From assembly GCA_001799995.1 (NCBI GenBank), contig MGUK01000070.1:9056-73055 (forward strand): a DNA stretch of 64,000 bases, in the 5' to 3' direction. This DNA comes from Elusimicrobia bacterium GWF2_62_30 (GTDB taxonomy: Bacteria; Elusimicrobiota; Elusimicrobia; Elusimicrobiales; UBA9959). The notes under the pieces were generated by a model that had not been told where the DNA came from, searched no databases, and saw only the letters and a list, made by a program, of their open reading frames with translations. A program made the position numbers and the translations under genes. Shown here in pieces: positions 51,011 through 58,343 of this stretch (positions within the stretch are counted from its first letter, which is position 1; each line of letters opens with the position of its first letter).

Positions 51011-51679
51011 TCAGTAGACTATGACCTGGTAGTTCCCCTTTACGAACGGGGCCAGATCCACGAAACCGACCGGGTCGGGGGAAAGCGGCAGGCCCAGCGC
51101 CTTGAGCTTGGCGTGCATCCCGAGCATGGTCGCCGAGCGGGAACACAGCGTATAAGGGATCTTGGCGGCGGTAAAATCGGTCATCGTCAGCCAGAAATAT
51201 TCCTCGCGCGTGCTGGTGAAAGGGCTGCCGAAAGTAAAGCCGGCCGCCGTCTTGACCAGCCTCCCGGGGAACTTGAACTCCTTCTCGACTATCGGGGCGC
51301 CGGGGGCCTCGCCCGCGGGGCGGGGATTTTCCTGCGGCAGGATATAGGTGGTGGTGTCTCCCAGCAGCAGCGGGACCGGCTTGACCTGGGAGAGCACCGG
51401 ATTGGAAGAAACAACGACCGCGCCGGTCGGGATGTTGCGGTAGGACTCCAGGGTGGCCTTGCCCAGGAAGAAAAGCACCGCTTCCCCCTCGAACAGGGCA
51501 TGGACCTCCACGCCGGCCACCTTCAGCTGCATGATATGCTGCACGGCCATCAGGAAGCCGAACCGGTCGTCCACGCTGGAGCGTACGACGACCAGCGCCT
51601 TTTTCGGGTCCTGCTGCGCGTAAGCCTGCGCCGAGAAAAGCGTAAAGAGCGTAAACACCAAAAGTATTTTCTTCAGCAT
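51011..51679 (-). CDS. Secreted protein, weakly DsrE/DsrF-like (tentative)
   Basis: The ATG at 51679 follows AGGAGGGGGG 16 nt after the hxsA stop. MLKKILLVFTLFTLFSAQAYA is a signal peptide. ALVVVRSS...VEVHALFEGEAVLFF and YTLCSRSATMLGM recall the DsrE-fold layout. The upstream RTARTA extension in the track is the repeat read in another frame. Confidence 0.4.
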   Translation of the reverse strand: MLKKILLVFTLFTLFSAQAYAQQDPKKALVVVRSSVDDRFGFLMAVQHIMQLKVAGVEVHALFEGEAVLFFLGKATLESYRNIPTGAVVVSSNPVLSQVKPVPLLLGDTTTYILPQENPRPAGEAPGAPIVEKEFKFPGRLVKTAAGFTFGSPFTSTREEYFWLTMTDFTAAKIPYTLCSRSATMLGMHAKLKALGLPLSPDPVGFVDLAPFVKGNYQVIVY

Positions 51680-51695
51680 TGTCCCCCCTCCTGTC

Positions 51696-52133
51696 CTAAT
51701 ATGACCCGTGCGAGCCGTGCGAGCCGTGCGAGCCGTGCGACCCATGCGAGCCGTGCGAGCCGTGCGAAGCATGCGAGCCGTGCGAAGAATGAGACCCGTG
51801 CGAGGTGTGCGAGCCGTGCGAGGCGTGGGAGCCGTGCGACCCGTGCGAAGAATGAGACGAGTGCGAGGTGTGCGAGCCGTGCGAGGCATGCGACGAGTGC
51901 GAAGCGTGCGACGAGTGCGAGCCGTGCGAGCCGTGCGAGGAATGCGAGCAGGCGGCTTCGGTGGATTTGACCGAAACCAGCAGCGCGCCGAGCCCCATGC
52001 CCAGGCCGATGGTGGCCCCGGCCATGTTGCCGATCTTCGTCTTGGTTATGCGTCCCTCCTCGCAGGTGAGGAACTTTTGAAGGCTCTTTTTAAGACGGGG
52101 AAGCTCGTCTTTTGGTTTTTTGCGTTCAGGCAT
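51696..52133 (-). CDS. hxsA: His-Xaa-Ser repeat protein (precursor/scaffold of the Hxs system)
   Basis: 145 aa. Basic N-region, hydrophobic GNMAGATIGLGMGLGALLVSV, then 27 uninterrupted S-H-x triplets (SHSSHGSHGSHSSHA...SHGSHGSY) running to the C-terminus. It lies immediately downstream of two rSAM maturase-like genes. Confidence 0.8.
   Translation of the reverse strand: MPERKKPKDELPRLKKSLQKFLTCEEGRITKTKIGNMAGATIGLGMGLGALLVSVKSTEAACSHSSHGSHGSHSSHASHSSHASHGSHTSHSSHSSHGSHGSHASHGSHTSHGSHSSHGSHASHGSHGSHGSHGSHGSHGSHGSY
51699..51947. repeat. Degenerate 9-bp-periodic tandem repeat encoding the H-x-S array
   Basis: The plus strand reads (gtgcgagcc/gtgcgaagc/gtgcgaccc...)n. All alternative frames are open, which creates several spurious track ORFs. 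Confidence 0.9.
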
Positions 52134-52155
52134 ATCGTCCCCTCATCCTTCGTCG

Positions 52156-52174
52156 GCGGGACCGCTTGTCCCGC
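52156..52174 (-). other. GC-rich hairpin in the hxsB-hxsA spacer (7-bp stem, 5-nt loop)
   Basis: Minus-strand RNA GCGGGAC-AAGCG-GTCCCGC, 23 nt upstream of the hxsA ATG. There is no following U-run, so it is not a classical terminator. Confidence 0.4.
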
Positions 52175-52183
52175 TCCGGTAAC

Positions 52184-53680
52184 TCACTTTTTGAACACGT
52201 CCTTATACCAGCCCTCGTTAAGCCAGGAGGCCAGGACCTTCCGGTCCTCCGGGCGCGAAAGCTTTTCGAAAATTATCTTCAGTATGCCCTTGTTCATCAT
52301 GCAGCGCTGGTCGTTGGCCTTCTGCGGGAACAGGCTGCCGGAAAAATAGCTGTTGATGGGGCAGACCCCGCAGAACGGCTTGAAAGCGCAGTCGGAGCAG
52401 CCCGGCAGGCTTTCGAGGCAGGAGGAGACGCACAAGGTCTTGGTGACGGGGCTTTCCAGCACCTGGGTATAGGAGGTGTCGGCCACGTTGCCCAGCCGAA
52501 AGCTCTCGTCCCCCATCACGGAAAGCATGCGGCCCTCGTCGCAGGTGTAGATGTCGCCGTTGTAGTTATAGGCCAACTGCCCTATGGCGGCGCCGCAGAT
52601 CATGCGGCAGTCCATATGCGCGGGATCGGAGCCGGACAGGATCTTGGTAAGCAGGGTCTGCGCCGTCTTCTCGCGGATCTTGACGCCCTTGAGGTTAAGG
52701 GTTATCAGGTACTCCAGCAGTTCCCGGTAGAACGCCAGGTACTCCGCCGCGCCGTAGCCGATGCGCTGCCAGTTGGCCGCGGTAAAGCCGAAAGGGTTCA
52801 GCGGGCGCGCGTAGATCTCGCGCAGGCCCAGGCGCAGGTATTCGTCCACCAGCGCGCGGGCGGAGCCGAGCGCCTGCCTGGTGACGGTGGCGAGGGCCGT
52901 TATCCTGTAGATGTAGCCCTTCTTGAGATAGCGCGGCCGGGCCTTGTTGAACTTCTTGATCCAGGAAACGACCTGCGCGTGGCTGGAGCCGCGGCTGTAG
53001 ACGCGCTGCGCGTCGTGCAGCTTGGCCGGGCCGTCGAGCGAGGTGGCGACGCCGATATTGTTGCGGAAGATGAAATGCAGCTTTTCCTCGTCCAGCGAAG
53101 AGAGGTTGGAGACCAGTTTGAAATCCACGCTCTTTTTGAGCTTGGCGGCCTTGTCCTGGGCGTACTTGACCGAGAAAAGCAGGGTCTCCCAGTTCAGGAA
53201 GGGTTCGCCGCCCTGGAACTCTATGACCAGATTCTTCCCGGCGGAGGCGAAAATGAAGTCCAGCGTCTTGCGGGCCGTCTCCACGTCCATGTCGAAGCGC
53301 TTGTCCTCCTCGCCCTTGGCGGAGGCGTGGCAGTACACGCATTTCTGGTTGCAGCGTATCGTGAGGATCATGATATGCAGCGTAGTGCCGGCGAACACCG
53401 AGGAATGGAGGTTGGCGAACTTCTCCGCGCAGGACGCGAAGCCGGCCGATTCCACGAAGAAGCCGCTCTCGGACAGCTCCGCGTATTTGGGATGGCCGCA
53501 GTCCAGCTTCCCGGAGGAGAAAGCCGTGAATTCGTTCTTGTCGAGCACGGCCCAGCCGCCCCAGTCGTTGGTGACCAGCATGCGGCCGAGGCCCATCGGC
53601 TCGAAATAATAAGCGCCGGTCTCGGGAGCGGGCACCACTTCCGTCACGGCCGCGGCGGGCTTGGTTTTCTTGGTCTTCAT
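52184..53680 (-). CDS. hxsB: Radical SAM/SPASM-like maturase (HxsB-like)
   Basis: CNQKCVYCHAS, FQGGEPF, C-terminal Cys clusters (...CDEG..., CSDCAFKPFCGVCPINS), an anSME/SPASM-type layout. The ATG at 53680 overlaps the upstream stop (ATGA); the track start at 53692 is a GTG. Confidence 0.7.
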   Translation of the reverse strand: MKTKKTKPAAAVTEVVPAPETGAYYFEPMGLGRMLVTNDWGGWAVLDKNEFTAFSSGKLDCGHPKYAELSESGFFVESAGFASCAEKFANLHSSVFAGTTLHIMILTIRCNQKCVYCHASAKGEEDKRFDMDVETARKTLDFIFASAGKNLVIEFQGGEPFLNWETLLFSVKYAQDKAAKLKKSVDFKLVSNLSSLDEEKLHFIFRNNIGVATSLDGPAKLHDAQRVYSRGSSHAQVVSWIKKFNKARPRYLKKGYIYRITALATVTRQALGSARALVDEYLRLGLREIYARPLNPFGFTAANWQRIGYGAAEYLAFYRELLEYLITLNLKGVKIREKTAQTLLTKILSGSDPAHMDCRMICGAAIGQLAYNYNGDIYTCDEGRMLSVMGDESFRLGNVADTSYTQVLESPVTKTLCVSSCLESLPGCSDCAFKPFCGVCPINSYFSGSLFPQKANDQRCMMNKGILKIIFEKLSRPEDRKVLASWLNEGWYKDVFKK

Positions 53681-53916
53681 ATTGAATTGCACAGCGCCAT
53701 GTTCACAAATTCCGCTTCTACGCGCTCGGCCGGCACCCCGCCCTTGGGCGTTATGACCGCCGTGATATAGGCGCCGCTGCCGGAAATGGAAAAGTCCGCC
53801 AGGGCGGAATATTCACGCGCCGCCTCTTTAACGGCGGCTTCCTTGTAGATCTCCCGGTGCAGCTTAATGCTTAGCTTTTTTAAGCTTGTCTTTTTGGGGC
53901 TTTTCTTTGTCGCCAT
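53677..53916 (-). CDS. Small protein resembling the N-terminal two-thirds of HxsD (second HxsD-like module)
   Basis: 79 aa. IKLHREIYKEAAVKEAAREYSALADFSIS...ITAVITPKGGVPAERVEAEFVNMAL parallels LNLDTYSLESVYQAAYSMLDKLYFYF...LMVEIKSKENLPMPALEKLKGEFLNELL of the upstream gene. Its stop is coupled to hxsB (ATGA). Confidence 0.4.
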   Translation of the reverse strand: MATKKSPKKTSLKKLSIKLHREIYKEAAVKEAAREYSALADFSISGSGAYITAVITPKGGVPAERVEAEFVNMALCNSI

Positions 53917-54274
53917 ATTTTTCTTCCCAGGGCAGCGCTATGCCCAGCGGGTCCTCGATGTAATCGGCCTTGTCGGCGGAGGCGCCTATCAGCGCCTGGG
54001 CTATCAGAGCTTCGCGGACCTTCCTGGTGCGCTTGGCCACGGAAACGCGCAGCTCGGAGTTGAGCAGCTCGTTGAGAAATTCTCCCTTCAGCTTTTCAAG
54101 GGCCGGCATGGGGAGGTTTTCCTTGGATTTTATCTCCACCATGAGGGTTTTGGCGTTGCGCTTGTCGAAATAGAAATAGAGCTTGTCCAGCATGGAATAA
54201 GCCGCCTGATAGACGCTTTCCAGGCTATAGGTGTCGAGGTTGAGGTTGAAGACCGATTTATTCATTTTATCCAT
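53864..54274 (-). CDS. hxsD: HxsD-like protein
   Basis: FLNELLNSELRVSVAKRTRKVREALIAQAL fits the LLNDYxLRE-type motif I recall for the HxsD family. The ATG at 54274 (MDKMNK) is preferred over the longer track ORF. Confidence 0.55.
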   Translation of the reverse strand: MDKMNKSVFNLNLDTYSLESVYQAAYSMLDKLYFYFDKRNAKTLMVEIKSKENLPMPALEKLKGEFLNELLNSELRVSVAKRTRKVREALIAQALIGASADKADYIEDPLGIALPWEEKYGDKEKPQKDKLKKAKH

Positions 54275-54440
54275 ACATTTTATACAAAAAAAGCCGCAGC
54301 GGGCGCACCATCTCCTGCTATATGTATACCACATTCTCCCTCGTGTTCGCAAGGAAAAATTGCCGCCCGTTCGCACGGGGCGTTCGCTAATTATATTATA
54401 TACCGGCCGGAGGCCGAAGTCCCGAAGAAATCATGAATGC

Positions 54441-55373
54441 TCAGCGCTTTTTGCCGGCAGCCGGCGCGCGGCCTTTCAGCACAGGGCGGAGCTCCCCGGC
54501 GCCGTACAGGTCCAGGTACTGCGGCCGGATGCCGGCGCATTCCCCCCCCAGCGCGCAGCCGGAGCAGACCGGCGGCTTCACCTTGTCTATCTGGATGTTC
54601 TTCTGGTTGAGCATCATATACCTGTCTATCGAAGCGTGCTCGAACCCCTTCATGAAGCAGATGGGGATATCGTCCACAATGTACTTTATGTCGTTCTTGT
54701 CGCAGACCCGCGCGGCCGCGGCCAGGTGGGGCCCTACCTTTTCAAAGCGGGGCACCAGCGAAAGCCGCTTGGGGACCATGCCGAGGATGCAGACCATGTT
54801 GAAAAGGACGTTGAGCACCCCGGGGAATTTTTCCGCCACGAAGGAGGCGTACTCCTCCATCGTATCGTAGTTGAGGGTGGTGATCACCATCAGGATACAC
54901 ATCGTCTTCTCGCCGCCGAGCTTCACGATGTTCTCCATGCCTTTGAGCCGGCGGAGGTATGACCCCTTGCTCTGCGTTATGCGGTCGGACAGCGCCGGCA
55001 GGTGCGACGGGAAATTGACGTGGAAAGTGGTGACGCCCGCGTCCAGCAGGGACCGGGTGAAAGCCAGGTCGGAAAGCCGGACGCCGTTGGTGCGCAGCAG
55101 CACTTTTTCAAAGCCGCTCTTGCGGGCGAAGCGCACCAGGTCCGGCAGCTTGTCGGACAGCGTGGGCTCCCAGAGGCCTATGCGCAGGGTGTCGGCGCCC
55201 GAAGCCAGCAGCTTCTTTATCTGGTCGGGCGCGGAAGGGATGTTATCGGGGAGATTGCTGCAGAACAGGCACTTCTGGTTGCACCTGGTGACCAGGTCCA
55301 CGATGGGATAGACGCTGTTTATCGTATCGTTCTTTTTCCGGCCCGCCGCGCCGCCGCCTTGTTTTTTCATCAT
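54441..55373 (-). CDS. hxsC: Radical SAM maturase (HxsC-like)
   Basis: The ATG at 55373 lies just after the upstream stop. CNQKCLFCSN, C-terminal CSGCALGGECAGIRPQYLDLYGAGELRPV. Its position in the hxs cassette supports the call. Confidence 0.65.
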   Translation of the reverse strand: MMKKQGGGAAGRKKNDTINSVYPIVDLVTRCNQKCLFCSNLPDNIPSAPDQIKKLLASGADTLRIGLWEPTLSDKLPDLVRFARKSGFEKVLLRTNGVRLSDLAFTRSLLDAGVTTFHVNFPSHLPALSDRITQSKGSYLRRLKGMENIVKLGGEKTMCILMVITTLNYDTMEEYASFVAEKFPGVLNVLFNMVCILGMVPKRLSLVPRFEKVGPHLAAAARVCDKNDIKYIVDDIPICFMKGFEHASIDRYMMLNQKNIQIDKVKPPVCSGCALGGECAGIRPQYLDLYGAGELRPVLKGRAPAAGKKR

Positions 55374-55377
55374 AATA

Positions 55378-56388
55378 TCAGCGGTGCCCGGCCGCCCGCT
55401 CCCCCGGGCCCTTTCGCCGGGCCGGTAATTTTTCAAAATTGAGCACGAAAGGCCTCGCGGCCAGCGTGGAGAACAGCGGTTTCCCGCCCCGGAAAGGCTC
55501 CGCCCTGCCGCCGGACACCCGGATCTCGTCCGAGAGCGCCAGCCGCCTGTAGAGCCCGTCGTCGAGCAGGGAGCGCGGCAGGGAGACGGCCGGGCCGGCG
55601 ATGCGCCCGTCCTTAAGGCGCCCGTCCACGAAGGCGTAGCGGTACTTCCCCCAGAAAAGGACGGGCTTGGCCAGCGCGGCTTCCAGCGCGGCCGCGTATT
55701 CCGGCGCGTAATGTTTTATGAAGGCGAAGATGTCCGCGGCCTTGCGGAGGCTTCTGGGGCAGTCATAGGAACAGGGATGCCAGCCTATGACGTGCAGCGT
55801 CTGGAAGACGTACCCGCTGTTGTACTTTTCCACCTTCGCGTAGCTGCGCTGGTCCGCGGCGTTGTCGTTATGGATGCGGGAGGAATAATTGTAGACGTTG
55901 TTCATCCTGAAATCCAGCTTCTCTTTTCCCGCCGTGCCCTTGTACGCCATCTCCACCAGGTCCTGCCCCTGCCCCATCGTGTCGAGCCACTGCCGGTACA
56001 TGCGGATGCAGCATTCCGGGTAGCCCAGCATCACGGACCAGCGCTCGTTGTTCTTCGGGTCCTTCCAGGTCAGCGCCGCCTTCGTCAGCAGTTTCTCGTC
56101 GCGGCCGATGAAGAAGATCTCTTTGCTGCCCTCCATGTGAAAGCAGCTCCTGCCGGCGAACTTTTCGGCCGGGATGCATTTAAGCTTCAGCCTGGCGCAA
56201 AGGTCCTGCAGGAGGGGCAGCCTTTCGTGCGAACAGGAGGTATAGGTGACGGGCTTGGCGCCGGTAAGCACGCCGGCCAGGTCGGAAAAGGTCGGGTCCG
56301 TGATGTTGACGCGGGAGACCCCGGGCGCCAGCGGCCTGGCCAGCCTGATGGTCCCTCCCTCGTAATTGCGGCTTAACAGCGCTTCCAT
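55378..56388 (-). CDS. Cys-motif protein (DUF483-like, tentative), unknown function
   Basis: MLGYPECCIRMY and IGWHPCSYDCPRS form a GYP.CC ... H.PCS..C pair that I associate with DUF483-type proteins. No other motif recognised. Confidence 0.4.
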   Translation of the reverse strand: MEALLSRNYEGGTIRLARPLAPGVSRVNITDPTFSDLAGVLTGAKPVTYTSCSHERLPLLQDLCARLKLKCIPAEKFAGRSCFHMEGSKEIFFIGRDEKLLTKAALTWKDPKNNERWSVMLGYPECCIRMYRQWLDTMGQGQDLVEMAYKGTAGKEKLDFRMNNVYNYSSRIHNDNAADQRSYAKVEKYNSGYVFQTLHVIGWHPCSYDCPRSLRKAADIFAFIKHYAPEYAAALEAALAKPVLFWGKYRYAFVDGRLKDGRIAGPAVSLPRSLLDDGLYRRLALSDEIRVSGGRAEPFRGGKPLFSTLAARPFVLNFEKLPARRKGPGERAAGHR

Positions 56389-56398
56389 TGACGGCTCC

Positions 56399-57364
56399 TC
56401 AGAAAAATATCAGGTACAGGAACGAACCTTTTATCAGCATCGTGGACGCCAGCCCGATCGTGATCCAGGCGGCGAAAGGCATGTCGTCCGCGCCTATCCC
56501 GTACTTGGCGGCCAGCGAAGGCAGTATCCCCACCAGCAGGTAAAGCACGAAGAACGTGGCCATCATGATGAGGGCCATGTGCAGGAACTGCAGGCGCACC
56601 GGCGACAGGAGCAGGGCCGAGAAGAACAGCCCGGCGAACACGCGGAACCGCCGCCTGAACGGCTCCTCCTCCAGCTTCCGCCCGGCGTCCCCCCCCCAGA
56701 AAAGCAGCGCTATCATGGCCGCCAGGGTCAGCATGGTGGAGACCCGCTTGTCGAAATGGAAGAACCAGGTAACGCACATCAGCACGCTGAAGAGCACCCC
56801 GGCGAGCAGCATCAGCCCGGCGGCGTTCTTCAGCTTTTCCAGCGAGGCCCCGGCCATTTCCCGCCAGAGGTTCTTTTCCGTGCTGGCCCGCGCGAACCGG
56901 ACCAGCTTCCAGGCGGTGTCCGCCCAGACGAAGACCGCGGCCACGGTGATGGTGTTGAGAAAAAGGTTGAAGGCGGGGAACAGCGGGATGTAATGGCGGA
57001 AATAATATTTCAGCGGGAGCAGGAGCACCAGCACGAAAAAGAGCTTGGCGTCGCCGGCCGACCACAGGTTGAAATGGAACAGCAGGAAACCGCAGACCAG
57101 CGCGAAGAGCGAGTTTACCGCGGTGAGCAGCAGCAGGCGCGGCCAGCTGCCCGCGAAAAGAGTGTTGAGCAGGAGCTCCTCGGTAACATAGGGGGCGTAC
57201 AGCCTGTAAAGAGAAACTCCGCCGTAAGCCAGCACCGCCCAGGCGAGCCCCGCGAGTATCCAGAAATTGCGGATCTTCCCCTCCCGGGAATCGGAGAAGG
57301 AGGTGGCCGCGCAGATAACGGCGAGGGCCGGGACCAGGGCCAGGTCGAGGATGTCGGGCTTCAT
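56399..57364 (-). CDS. A24-family (prepilin/preflagellin-type) aspartic membrane peptidase with extra C-terminal TM segments
   Basis: First Asp motif SDSREGKIRN (D-x5-I-x-N) in TM1-2, second Asp motif WSAGDAKLFFVL (G.GD.KL). About 190 additional polytopic residues follow. Confidence 0.6.
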   Translation of the reverse strand: MKPDILDLALVPALAVICAATSFSDSREGKIRNFWILAGLAWAVLAYGGVSLYRLYAPYVTEELLLNTLFAGSWPRLLLLTAVNSLFALVCGFLLFHFNLWSAGDAKLFFVLVLLLPLKYYFRHYIPLFPAFNLFLNTITVAAVFVWADTAWKLVRFARASTEKNLWREMAGASLEKLKNAAGLMLLAGVLFSVLMCVTWFFHFDKRVSTMLTLAAMIALLFWGGDAGRKLEEEPFRRRFRVFAGLFFSALLLSPVRLQFLHMALIMMATFFVLYLLVGILPSLAAKYGIGADDMPFAAWITIGLASTMLIKGSFLYLIFF

Positions 57365-57383
57365 AACAGGGGAGCGGGGAATT

Positions 57384-58334
57384 TCATGCCGCCTTCTTCC
57401 CGGCCGGCGGCTTTTTCCGGGGCGCCTTGATCTCCGAGAGGCCGAACACGGCGGCGTAAGTTTTCCAGATGCCGCCGCAGTCCTCCAGCTTGGGACAGGC
57501 CGCGCAGGCCTTCGGGCGGAGCTTGGAGCCCTGGGAGTTCAGGAAAACGTTCTCCTCCACCTGGCCGGGGGAGTTGACCTTCAGCTTCAGCCTGCCGCCG
57601 GGGATGAGGTCGTGCAGCTCCGCGTCGAAAAGGCAGTAGGGCATATTGAAAACTATGTGGCGGTCGATGAGGACCCCGCGCGCCAGGGCCAGGGCCTCTG
57701 TCACGTAAGGCAGCGCCTCCGACATCTTCACGCCCAGCCAGTCCGCGTTGGCGCGCATGGAGCCTTCGTAGATGGGGTAGATGAAACCGATGCCGCTGAC
57801 CCCTTCGCGGAGGGCGAAAGTTTCCACGTACTGCGGCAGGAAGCGGTAGTTCGGCCGCGTTATCACTATATCCACGCTGGTCCGCGCCCCCAGGGCCCGG
57901 ACATTGCGCAGCCCGCCCAGCGCGCGCGCGAAAGAGCCCTCTACCATGGTCAGGCGGTCGTGGATGGCGGCGTTGTGGCCGTGGATGGAGAACTTGAAGT
58001 AATCGGCGCCGGCCTCGACGAGACGGCGGGCGAAGTCCTTGTAGGAAAGCATGATGCCGTTGGTCTGCACGCGGATGGTGTCGAAGCCGGATTTGCGGGC
58101 GAAGGAGGTGAGCGAGAGTATATCCGGCCTTATCGTAGGCTCCCCGCCGCCGAAGCCGATGGTGCGGAAGCCTTCGCGGCGCGCCTGGGCGATATCCGCC
58201 AGCGCCTCGGCCGTATTTTTAGGCGGGCGCAGTTTCTTGTCCGTGATCGAGCAGAAGGCGCAATTGCAGTTGCAGGCGTAGCCGAGCGTCAGCTCGTAAA
58301 CCCGTTTGGAATTCTCCTTCCTGTCGAAGCTCAT
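57384..58334 (-). CDS. Radical SAM enzyme, HxsC-like paralogue family
   Basis: CNCNCAFC, FGGGEPT, C-terminal CAACPKLEDCGGIWKTYAAVFGLSEIK. Confidence 0.85.
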   Translation of the reverse strand: MSFDRKENSKRVYELTLGYACNCNCAFCSITDKKLRPPKNTAEALADIAQARREGFRTIGFGGGEPTIRPDILSLTSFARKSGFDTIRVQTNGIMLSYKDFARRLVEAGADYFKFSIHGHNAAIHDRLTMVEGSFARALGGLRNVRALGARTSVDIVITRPNYRFLPQYVETFALREGVSGIGFIYPIYEGSMRANADWLGVKMSEALPYVTEALALARGVLIDRHIVFNMPYCLFDAELHDLIPGGRLKLKVNSPGQVEENVFLNSQGSKLRPKACAACPKLEDCGGIWKTYAAVFGLSEIKAPRKKPPAGKKAA

Positions 58335-58343
58335 AGGCGGAGG

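Noticed and set aside
51699-51947. Periodic repeat considered as a CRISPR array or satellite
   Set aside because: The period is 9 bp with no spacers, it is in frame within a coding sequence, and no cas genes are present. It is a coding tandem repeat.
50828-52349. Plus-strand ORFs 50828..51970, 51708..52349 and 51868..52080, and the RTARTA N-terminal extension (51680-51889) of the 51011 ORF
   Set aside because: All are alternative-frame or opposite-strand readings of the 9-bp H-x-S repeat (RAVRAV, CEPCEA, RTARTA). The H-x-S frame has a proper N-terminal region and an Hxs gene context. The downstream gene has its own strong SD and signal peptide at 51679.
54275-54440. Intrinsic terminator or promoter in the hxsC-hxsD spacer (tataatataatt, cccgt-gcga-acggg followed by aattttt)
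   Set aside because: The stem is only 5 bp with flanking mismatches, and the -10-like box has no acceptable -35 or TG element. It is too weak to annotate, though the 166-nt spacer is the longest in this operon.
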